Position numbers and translations under genes: made by a program. A DNA stretch of 11,696 nucleotides from Pseudomonadota bacterium. GTDB taxonomy: Bacteria > Bdellovibrionota_B > Oligoflexia > Oligoflexales > CAIMVM01. The notes below the pieces were generated by a model. The model was given only the letters and a program-made list of their open reading frames with translations, did no database searches and was not told the origin of the DNA. Positions 1 through 7,938 of this stretch are shown here, in pieces; within the stretch, counting starts at the first letter, position 1; each line of letters starts with the position of its first letter. Location: contig JBAXBA010000104.1 in assembly GCA_037142195.1 (NCBI GenBank), positions 1-11,696 on the forward strand, read 5' to 3'.

Positions 1-55
1 ATATGTAACTAGCCGATAGATAATTGAAAATAAGATTTGTCCGATTGTCCGTGGC

Positions 56-931
56 ATGAAGCTCTCTCACTATGAAATGTATAAAATCCTAAGCGTGGTC
101 GGGGGTGTGCCTTGGTATTTGGAGCAATTCAGTGATTCGCTTACAGCTGATGAAAACATCAAACAGCTTGCTTTTGTGAAAAACGGCTTGCTTGTAGTTG
201 AATTTGATCGAATCTTTCACGACTTGTTTCAAGGCAAGGGCACTTCCTATAAGAGTATTCTGGATAGCCTAAAAGATGGGGCCAGGACCTTATCGGAAAT
301 CAGACAAAATATCGAGTTTGCCCACAGCGGTACTTTAAGCCGCATGATGGATCATTTGATTGTGGCAGGCTTTGTGAGCAAACAATCTTTATGGTCATTT
401 CAAACAGCAAAGCCGCTGAAACAAAGCCTTTACAGGATTTCAGACCCCTATCTAAGATTCTATTTCAAGCTTATTGAACCCAACCTGGCCGCTATATCCG
501 ACGGCGCATTTGATGAGCTACCCATATCTACCATCCAAGGACTGGATTCACACATGGGATTACAGCTTGAAGTATTGCTGCAACAAAATAGAAAACTCAT
601 TTTTCAAAAACTAGGAATTTCACCAGCGGACGTGGTTCGCCAAGGGCCTTATAGACAAACTAAAAATTCTTCTCAGCCAGGATGTCAGATTGATTACCTT
701 GTACAGACCAAGACAAACAGCTTGTATATTTGCGAATTCAAATTTAAAAGGCGTGAGATCCAGAGCGAAATCATCACGGAAATGCAAGAAAAAATTTCCA
801 GATTAAAGACACCTAAAGGCTTTGCAAAAGTAGCCGTGTTATTTTATTTAGGCGGAGTAGCTATTTCTGTGGCCACCAGCTCTTACTTTTATCGCATAGT
901 TGATATCGCCGACTTTTTAGATGACATTTAA
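56..931 (+). pseudogene. 5'-truncated archaeal-ATPase-family protein (post-ATPase helical/wHTH region plus C-terminal DUF234-like PD-(D/E)XK nuclease-fold domain); P-loop domain missing
   Basis: 291 aa ORF with GGVPWYL, a wHTH-like segment (ARTLSEIRQNIEFAHSGTLSRMMDHL), YRISDPYLRFY and C-terminal QIDY...ICEFK. No Walker A/B. All three forward frames contain stops within 1-55 (in-frame TAG at 17-19), so the N-terminus is not contiguous upstream. Confidence 0.7.
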
Positions 932-1078
932 TAGTTCTGGATATCTCTTTTATCGATCGATTTGACGAACCTCTAAGCATAGAGCAAATTGAAATTTCTC
1001 AGCCATACAACAAAGATTTTGCCAATTCGTCGGCAGCTATGAGTTTGGGTTGCGCATTTTACTTTGTCATTTTCGCGC

Positions 1079-1117
1079 GTTAAGATTCCGGGTTGTTCAA
1101 ATCCACCAGGGGCGACC
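1079..1117 (+). repeat. Degenerate 39-nt repeat, copy 1, resembling a tRNA 3' end (T-arm plus acceptor 3' strand)
   Basis: gttaagattccgGGTTG-TTCAAAT-CCACC-aggggcgacc; 29/39 identical without gaps to 1261-1299; contains a T-loop-like GTTCAAATCC. Confidence 0.5.
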
Positions 1118-1147
1118 TCAGTAGCAAATCGACTGAGTTTTTTTTTA
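1117..1147 (+). terminator. Probable intrinsic terminator
   Basis: CTCAGT(1117-1122)/ACTGAG(1132-1137) stem followed directly by a 10-nt T run. Confidence 0.55.
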
Positions 1148-1260
1148 CGCCCAAATTCCAGCGCTATATTCCTGAAGAAGCCATTCAGCAATAGACCTCA
1201 AAAACAAATCTAAATCACAGCACTACTGGGACTCTTAACTTTACATTGTCAAATTAGCCT

Positions 1261-1299
1261 GTTAAGGTCCCCACTGGTTCAAATCCACTAGGGACCGCC
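1261..1299 (+). repeat. Degenerate 39-nt repeat, copy 2, tRNA-3'-end/minihelix-like
   Basis: gttaaGGTCCC-c-ACTGG-TTCAAAT-CCACT-a-GGGACC-gcc; GGTCCC pairs with GGGACC around a T-arm-like hairpin. Confidence 0.5.
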
Positions 1300-1555
1300 C
1301 TCTTACATTGGAATTAACTCATTGTGTTAAAACGATTTAAAGTTCATTCACCATTGATCATCTTAGCTAAAGTTTCCAAAAAGTAATTTCTTCAATTCAT
1401 GCAATTCAAAATCTATGAAAGTTAGACATAATTAGTTGCGGTTTTGTGTCTATTTTCTCAGGTTATTTCAATGAGGAATGTAGAGCGAAGCATTTCAAAT
1501 ACTTTGGGGTTAGCAATGCAAAAGCCTAGGAGGTTCATTTTCAGATGAGTTTATA

Positions 1556-1626
1556 AAAACGAGTATTTTTTTATGCACGTAATAAATAGCTGGCATATGC
1601 CTTCCCCAGCAAAAAATACTCGTTTT
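1556..1626. repeat. 71-bp element with perfect 16-bp terminal inverted repeats
   Basis: AAAACGAGTATTTTTT (1556-1571) is the exact reverse complement of AAAAAATACTCGTTTT (1611-1626). Confidence 0.8.
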
Positions 1627-2229
1627 GATTTAATAAGTTAAAAAATAATGTCGCTTTCAAGGGGAAAGTAGGTTGGAAATTTCCGATGAATTTGTACAAC
1701 ATAAAAAGGCCTCGCATAAGGGACTCGGTTGCGCACAATCGCTATTAGACAGAGTCCCGCTACAGGAAACCTATGCAAACTTGTCCTTGGGATTTTACAA
1801 CTCAATCCCACTTTTTTGATTCTGCCTCAAACTGTTGGCCATTATCCGAATTTGCAGATTTGTGATCTCCTTTGGCGTACATTTGGGCATTGCTGGATAA
1901 ACTGTATTTTTTCTCTTTAAAGATCAAAACTGTAGCGCACTCTAGTTTTGATATTCTAGTCTCACGAGCCGGCTAACGTATCGGCTGGTTTAAAGCTACT
2001 TGAGACTGCCATTTTGCGGATCAAACTGGCAAGCAGTGGACAGGCAGGTCAAGGGTCAATAGTTAAAACTCTCCCTACTCAAAAGCCCTTAAGCCTTAGA
2101 TCTTCTTTTAGAGCCTCTCTTAGCTTGATTGATTACTCGCCTAAAAAACCATATTCCCATTGATTTCATGACCATTATTCGGTACGAACCGATAGTGCTC
2201 CTGTTCCTTAACTTTTTTGAGGTCACTCC

Positions 2230-2595
2230 ATGGTACCTAGTAAGCTACCGGAAGATTTTTACAAAAATATCTTTTTGGATATTCTTTTTACCCTAATGAC
2301 TTGCGGATTATTCAACATCTGGATTCAATATCGCCAAATTCAAGCCCTTAATCGCATTCTCAATGAAGAAAAATACAAGTTTTTAAACTGGTCTATCTTC
2401 ACGCTTCTTACCTGCGGTCTATATCATATTTATCACGAATGGCGGATGTCCAGAGACCTTGCCAAGATAAGCGGAAGAGATGAGTCTATGGAAGGAATGT
2501 TTACCATTATTTTGTCTGTATTAGGTTTCTCCATTATAGTTGATGCGATTCAGCAATCGCGAATCAATGAAAATGCCGGAGCTGAAAGAATCTGA
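2230..2595 (+). CDS. DUF4234-like small membrane protein
   Basis: 121 aa, GAGG RBS upstream, internally repeated TLxTCGL(F/Y) motifs followed by aromatic residues, three hydrophobic segments, C-terminal QxxIN. Confidence 0.8.
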   Translation: MVPSKLPEDFYKNIFLDILFTLMTCGLFNIWIQYRQIQALNRILNEEKYKFLNWSIFTLLTCGLYHIYHEWRMSRDLAKISGRDESMEGMFTIILSVLGFSIIVDAIQQSRINENAGAERI

Positions 2596-2607
2596 GGCCT
2601 TTGCCCT

Positions 2608-3024
2608 ATGACCAAAATTTCAACCTTAACTGTAAATGTCCAGACTATTTTAAGAAAGAGTCGGTCTCATCTTGGACTGAGGTTGCTCCTTTGGGCCGTT
2701 TTTTGGTTGATGAGCATACGAGTCAGCACATGGATTGTGCAGTCCTTATCCTTAGAAGTTTTTCAAATCTACTTTCCACTCAAATGCCCCCTTAAGCTTT
2801 TCTTAGGGCTTACCTGCCCAACGTGTGGTTTAGGGCGAAGTATCATTTACTTTCTAGCTGGCGAATGGTTAACATCTTGGCATGCTCACATTCTTGGATC
2901 CTTCACCATTTTAATTTCCATACCCGCAACTTTTTTTTGGGCAATATGGGGCGATAGAAGCTACATTCCTTCAAAGACTCTGCACATAAACCCACGCAAA
3001 CATGGCACAAGATCTAGTTTTTAG
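2608..3024 (+). CDS. DUF2752-like membrane protein
   Basis: 138 aa with CPLKLFLGLTCPTCGLGRS signature and flanking TM segments; 12 nt downstream of the preceding gene with GAGG upstream. Confidence 0.8.
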   Translation: MTKISTLTVNVQTILRKSRSHLGLRLLLWAVFWLMSIRVSTWIVQSLSLEVFQIYFPLKCPLKLFLGLTCPTCGLGRSIIYFLAGEWLTSWHAHILGSFTILISIPATFFWAIWGDRSYIPSKTLHINPRKHGTRSSF

Positions 3025-3424
3025 TATCACACGCGAACAAGGGACAATGGCTGACGGCAATCTAACAGATTCGGTTGTTGCCCTTTACCGCAACTGCCCG
3101 CAATCTGACGCGCTCACTCCGCACCTTGCAAAAATACTTGGCGGGCTTAAATGGCTTAAATAGATTGCGCCGAAGTCACCAGTTTTCGGTTACTGCCATG
3201 ACGGCCATGTGACTGCGTGCCCCGAAGCCCTTGTGCGTTCCGAATACGCAGACTCAATGGGACAAGTTTTCACTGATAAAAGATATCTGGGACACGGTTT
3301 TACCAAGACACTAGTTCGGCATGTATCGGAAACGCTCATTCGCCAGAGTCTTGAAATCGTCTATATCGTCAGCGAGTAAAATACGCCGTCGGTTCGCCTA
3401 GCCCAGTCACTCGGATTTCGTTGA
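3002..3424 (+). pseudogene. Decayed GNAT-family N-acetyltransferase
   Basis: Single frame reads ...GQVFTDKRYLGHGFTKTLVRHVSETLIRQSLEIVYIVSE*NTPSVRLAQSLGFR*, matching GNAT motif A (V.T...Y.G.G) and motif B (N.PS..LA..LGF). In-frame stops at 3161-3163 and 3377-3379. Start uncertain (ATG 3002 or 3047). Confidence 0.7.
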
Positions 3425-3685
3425 AACTCAGCTAGGTTGCATAACCTAATTTTTCAGGTCCTATCAAATGTCTTTTACAAAAAATTCTTCACATGGGAAG
3501 CGATAGGCTACGTCAACGACACCAGAAAACCACTCGAGCCTTATCGCCTCAGACTGGCTGCTATTATCAATACCGCCGTTGGCGCCATAAAGCCTTTTAC
3601 CTGCGCCTTGCAAGCGATGGGCTAGCATTTTGGGGGATTTTCTGGCACATTGAAGCCTTAACTTTTCCTGGAGACCGCACCTCTT

Positions 3686-6259
3686 ATGAAACCATGGGTT
3701 GTACTTAAATATGGCGGAACGAGTGTTTCCAATATCCATAATTGGAACTCCATTCTCACACGAGCTAAGCAATGTGTCGCCGCCGGCGAACAACCTATTA
3801 TCGTTTGCTCTGCCGTAAGTGGTATTTCTAATAAATTGGAACTTGCTTTAAAGCAGGCTTTAAAAACACAGCATGAAGCTGCTCTTTCTGAGATTCGAGA
3901 TATCCACCACCGACTTGCTATAGAACTCGGCATTGATGAGTCCATTATAGATAGCGAGCTCGGAGAAGCTGAACGCGTCATTCGAGGAGTCAGTTTAATC
4001 GGAGAGATTTCCCCACAAACTAAAGCTAAAGTGATGTCAAAAGGAGAGTTGATGTCGACTCTTTTGGGGGCTGAATTTTTTGCAAAATCAGGGGTTTCCA
4101 CCAAATGGCTCGATGTAAGAGACGTTTTGACTTCGTCCCATCAAAAACATGCCAGCCTCTCCCAACAATATCTTTCCGCCATTTGCGACTTTTCCGTAGA
4201 CCAAGAAACCCGCGGCCTATTTTCTAAAATTGAAGCTGATGTCATTATAACTCAGGGGTTTATTGCTAAAAGTCACGAAGAGGCAACAGTTCTTCTAGGA
4301 CGCGGCGGGTCTGACACTTCAGCCGCCTATATAGCAGGAAAGCTTGGGGCGGCTCGCCTAGAAATTTGGACCTCAGTACCTGGCTTGTTTACGGCAAACC
4401 CTCATCAAATTTCCTCTGCAAAAATGCTTAAAACCCTGAGCTACGAGGAGGCGCAGGAACTTGCTTCAACGGGAGCAAAGGTTCTTCACCCTAGATGTAT
4501 TGAACCCGCTTGGGGAGGAGAAATTCCCCTTCATATTCGCTGGACGGACCGCCCGGAAGTCCCTGGTACCATTATCTGCGCGAAAGCACCTCAAACACCT
4601 CAAATCAAAGCCCTTTCCACAAAAATGGGACTTCAAGTGATTTCCATGGATTCTGTGGGAATGTGGCATGAAGCAGGATTTCTTTCCGATGTTTTTCAGG
4701 TGTTCAAAAATCATGGAATTTCCATCGATCAAGTAGCCACATCAGAAACCAATGTCACTATAACGTTTGACCCCATGTCCAACGTCACCGATGAGCGTCA
4801 GCTTGAAGCTTTGATGGAAAATCTAAAATCCTACTGTCACCCTCGAAGAATAGGTCCCTGCGCCTCCTTATCTCTCGTTGGAAAAGGAATACGGTCCATT
4901 CTCCATAAAATGGGCCAGGTTTTTGAATCCTTTGAAGACAAGCAGGTCTATCTCCTCACCCAAGCGGCAAGTGACCTCAATATCACGTTTATTGTAGACG
5001 AAGACCAAATTGAAAGATTACTAAATAGCATCCATGCCCTCTTCTTTGATGATGTCTCGAACATGCCACAATTCGGTCCTAGCTGGTCTGAATTAAACGC
5101 AAAAACTTCTCAAACCGCCACCGCTCCTGAAGCCCCTTGGTGGCAGTCACGCTCAGACGAACTCCTAAAGCTGGGAACCGAGAGCACACCCCACTATGTT
5201 TACAGTCGCGATACGATCCTTCGAAGAGCCGATCAACTAAAAGGCATGACGGCGATTTCTAGAGTTAACTATGCCATGAAAGCTAACAGTCACCCTGAAA
5301 CCCTAAAGCTGATTCACTCAAAAGGAATTTGCTTTGATTGTGTTTCTTGGGCTGAGATTACCCATCTTCTTGAGGCCATTCCTACACTAAAAGGTCATCA
5401 GATTGTATTTACCCCCAATTTTGCTCCTATAGCAGAGTACCGAAAGGCTTATGAGCTAGGTTGTTTTATCAATCTTGATAATTTATACCCTCTGGAAAAT
5501 CATCCCGAGGTCTTTACTGGCCGGGAGATTATGGTCCGCCTGGATCCTGGTGTGGCTAAAGGACATCATAAGCATGTCCACACCGCTGGCTACCAATCTA
5601 AGTTTGGGGTGGATTTAAGCGAGTTAGAAAAACTAAAAAAGCTGGCTTCCGATCATAAGGTTAAAATCACTGCCCTGCATGCTCATGTAGGCTCGGGGAT
5701 ACGTTCTCCTGAAACTTGGAGTGAAATCGCCTTTCAGCTTGCAGAAATCGCTGTTGGCTTTCCTGATGTTAAAATTCTTGATTTAGGCGGTGGTTTTGGA
5801 GTCCCAGAAAGGCCTGGGCAAAACGCCCTATCCTTGCCAGAAGCCAACGCTCTACTCATGACTTTTAAGAATAAGAATCCTCAATTCGACTTATGGCTAG
5901 AACCTGGAAGATATCTGGTAGCCGAAGCCGGAGTTCTCTTAGCTAAAGTCACGCAAACAAAAACAAAAGGTCCCAAGACATTTGTAGGCGTCGACGCAGG
6001 CATGCATAATCTCATCAGGCCACCCCTCTATAATGCCTATCATCATATTGTGAATCTTTCCAAAATTAAGGATGCCCTCAGTATCACAGCAGACGTTGTT
6101 GGGCCTATTTGTGAGTCGGGAGATGTCCTAGGGCACGATAGAAAACTTCCCTTATCTAAAGAAAATGACATCATGCTCATTTCCACTGCCGGCGCCTATG
6201 GCCAGGTGATGTCTTCAAACTACAACCTGAGAGGCCCAGCCCGAGAAACCTTCATTTAG
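3686..6259 (+). CDS. lysAC: Bifunctional aspartate kinase / diaminopimelate decarboxylase (LysC-LysA fusion)
   Basis: 857 aa. N-terminal KYGGTSV and LGRGGSDTSA aspartokinase motifs, ACT-like region, then fold-III PLP decarboxylase motifs YAMKAN, HAHVGSG, DLGGG, EPGRYL, CESGD, GAYG. Confidence 0.95.
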   Translation: MKPWVVLKYGGTSVSNIHNWNSILTRAKQCVAAGEQPIIVCSAVSGISNKLELALKQALKTQHEAALSEIRDIHHRLAIELGIDESIIDSELGEAERVIRGVSLIGEISPQTKAKVMSKGELMSTLLGAEFFAKSGVSTKWLDVRDVLTSSHQKHASLSQQYLSAICDFSVDQETRGLFSKIEADVIITQGFIAKSHEEATVLLGRGGSDTSAAYIAGKLGAARLEIWTSVPGLFTANPHQISSAKMLKTLSYEEAQELASTGAKVLHPRCIEPAWGGEIPLHIRWTDRPEVPGTIICAKAPQTPQIKALSTKMGLQVISMDSVGMWHEAGFLSDVFQVFKNHGISIDQVATSETNVTITFDPMSNVTDERQLEALMENLKSYCHPRRIGPCASLSLVGKGIRSILHKMGQVFESFEDKQVYLLTQAASDLNITFIVDEDQIERLLNSIHALFFDDVSNMPQFGPSWSELNAKTSQTATAPEAPWWQSRSDELLKLGTESTPHYVYSRDTILRRADQLKGMTAISRVNYAMKANSHPETLKLIHSKGICFDCVSWAEITHLLEAIPTLKGHQIVFTPNFAPIAEYRKAYELGCFINLDNLYPLENHPEVFTGREIMVRLDPGVAKGHHKHVHTAGYQSKFGVDLSELEKLKKLASDHKVKITALHAHVGSGIRSPETWSEIAFQLAEIAVGFPDVKILDLGGGFGVPERPGQNALSLPEANALLMTFKNKNPQFDLWLEPGRYLVAEAGVLLAKVTQTKTKGPKTFVGVDAGMHNLIRPPLYNAYHHIVNLSKIKDALSITADVVGPICESGDVLGHDRKLPLSKENDIMLISTAGAYGQVMSSNYNLRGPARETFI

Positions 6260-6399
6260 TCACCTAGTCACCTTTATCGAAAAAAGGTGTCTTGCTTTTG
6301 GCGAGACACCCTTTTTTAGGCCTATAAGTTTAGTTTAATAGTTTTTTGCAAAAGATTTTAGAGCTAAGGCAAGCTCTGCCATAGAAGGAAAAGTTGCTA
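6211..6399. repeat. Left copy of long imperfect direct repeat (lysAC 3' end + terminator + copy of serine hydrolase 3' end)
   Basis: 6211-6241 matches 7939-7969 at 29/31; 6286-6383 matches 8005-8102 at 97/98; weaker similarity continues to about 6399/8115. Confidence 0.95.
6280..6317. terminator. Bidirectional intrinsic terminator (left copy)
   Basis: AAAAAA-GGTGTCTTGC-ttttg-GCGAGACACC-c-TTTTTT, between convergent genes. Confidence 0.85.
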
Positions 6400-6479
6400 G
6401 GCTCACCTCCAAGAGTGTTTTAAAAGGTAATGTTCGTGAAAGCCACGTTAAAAAACCAATAAAAGGAGAATCGTAGATT

Positions 6480-7820
6480 CTACTTGATCCCATCCAAATA
6501 GCGAGGAAGATTTCCTGCGAGGTAATGCGGAAGATTAGCGAGCTTGTAGTAGGTTCCTGCTGGGGTTTTTTGATTCTCAATTTTTGGCGGCCCCGACCAA
6601 AAACGGACCGCCAAGGGACAGCCCGAGCTGTCAACAAACTGATGAAGAGAGCGTAAAGAGCCTGAGGCGCCTGCCTTGACTTCTACGGGAACAGTGCGCC
6701 CTTCATGAACAAAAATATAGTCAATTTCGGCATGGGATTGGTTAGACTCACGAACCCAGAAACAGAGACTGCGCGGCGATGTACTGTTGAGTGTCTCCAG
6801 CTCCTGCCCAACAATATGTTCCGCTATCCTCCCCTCGGCAACGCCAGATATATCCGCCCCGTGAAGCAAATGTACCGTTGTATTACATGCATGATTCATA
6901 AGTCCTGTATCAAGGAATTGCAGCCGCGGCCTCTTTCGCTGGTTTGCAACAAGAGGAGCCTCCCATGCGGTGATGGGATAGATAAGTTCAATGAGAAGCG
7001 CTCTCTCCAAAGTTCGCAGAGCATCACCCATTTCACGGGAGCGAATGTTGCTATTACCGAATTTTTCAAACACAATTCTTTTGCCGGCCTCAAGGGGAGC
7101 CATCGAAATGACATGCTGCAGCAGCGACCCGAATTCTCGGCTTTTTGCGTACTTTCTCGCGTCATCGCCATAGCTCGTCAAAAGAGCTTGGAGATTATCT
7201 TTGACAACAGTCATATCTTGGTGCTCACACCAATTCGCTACAACCTCAGGCATTCCTCCCGTCATTGCGTAGCGTGCAAAGAGCGCACTCAGCTTTGCGT
7301 GGGCGTAGGGAGCTAATGGAACTTTTGTCAATTCTTCGCAAGCCTGATGCTCACCAATGGCACCGAGAAACTCGAAAAATGACAGAGGGCGCATAAATCT
7401 GTACTCCACGCGCCCCACTGGAAAAGAAGCTTTCTCATCGTTAATGTAATGTTCAAGCATGGATCCTGCAGCGATGACATGGAACTCGGAAAATTCCTCC
7501 TTAAAGTAACGCAGCAGTGCTGTGGCGCGATCTGAATTTTGAATTTCATCGATAAACAAAAGAGTGTCGGAATTATTGATGCTGGCGCCTTTTTCAAAAA
7601 AAAGTGCGCTAACCATTTCCTTTGAAGACAAATTGCTCTCAAAAAGACGGCGTTCCGAAGCCTGATCCAAGTTGAATTCCATAAACTGGCTGTAGCTTTT
7701 TCCGAAGCGACGCACTGCTGTCGACTTTCCCACTTGGCGAGCTCCTCGCAGTACCAGAGGCTTCCTTGATTTTGAAAGCTTCCATGTTTTCAAAGTGTTA
7801 TCGAACTCACGGTCAAACAT
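6480..7820 (-). CDS. AAA_14-type ATPase with C-terminal DUF4143 (PD-(D/E)XK-like) domain
   Basis: 446 aa; Walker A GARQVGKS, Walker B LFIDEIQ, GRV..., GGMPE, FLDTGL, C-terminal EIDY...PVEVK; GAGG RBS upstream. Confidence 0.92.
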   Translation of the reverse strand: MFDREFDNTLKTWKLSKSRKPLVLRGARQVGKSTAVRRFGKSYSQFMEFNLDQASERRLFESNLSSKEMVSALFFEKGASINNSDTLLFIDEIQNSDRATALLRYFKEEFSEFHVIAAGSMLEHYINDEKASFPVGRVEYRFMRPLSFFEFLGAIGEHQACEELTKVPLAPYAHAKLSALFARYAMTGGMPEVVANWCEHQDMTVVKDNLQALLTSYGDDARKYAKSREFGSLLQHVISMAPLEAGKRIVFEKFGNSNIRSREMGDALRTLERALLIELIYPITAWEAPLVANQRKRPRLQFLDTGLMNHACNTTVHLLHGADISGVAEGRIAEHIVGQELETLNSTSPRSLCFWVRESNQSHAEIDYIFVHEGRTVPVEVKAGASGSLRSLHQFVDSSGCPLAVRFWSGPPKIENQKTPAGTYYKLANLPHYLAGNLPRYLDGIK

Positions 7821-7829
7821 AGGGCCTCA

Positions 7830-7876
7830 TGTAACAAACTAAACCCATTTTAGAGCAAAGACTGTTACAAAGTAAA
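7830..7876 (-). promoter_or_regulatory. Putative promoter with paired operator-like repeats for the ATPase gene
   Basis: Minus strand TTTACT-18nt-TAAAAT (7876-7847); 14-bp direct repeats TGTAACAAACTAAA (7830-7843) and TGTTACAAAGTAAA (7863-7876), 12/14 identical. Confidence 0.45.
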
Positions 7877-7938
7877 GGCAAATTCATATCCTGCTGTTAA
7901 TACGAGTGAAATCAGTAACACTGGCTCCCGAGACAAAG

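Noticed and set aside
1079..1299. Intact tRNA genes, CRISPR array or integron attC sites
   Set aside because: No D-arm or complete cloverleaf; only two degenerate copies 182 bp apart; no cas or integrase gene and no convincing attC box arrangement.
973..1920. Track ORFs 973-1191 (-) and 1729-1920 (+)
   Set aside because: Short, no motifs, and they run through hairpin or repeat sequence.
3437..3793. Three short overlapping ORFs upstream of and into lysAC
   Set aside because: Mutually overlapping with no recognisable motif; could be another remnant but cannot be supported.
6335..6637. 100 aa minus-strand ORF ending in the same MAELALALKSFAKNY as the serine hydrolase
   Set aside because: The shared tail is a by-product of the direct repeat; the ORF overlaps the ATPase gene out of frame and has no recognisable domain.
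6400..7938. Insertion sequence
   Set aside because: No transposase motifs and no terminal inverted repeats seen at the cassette ends.
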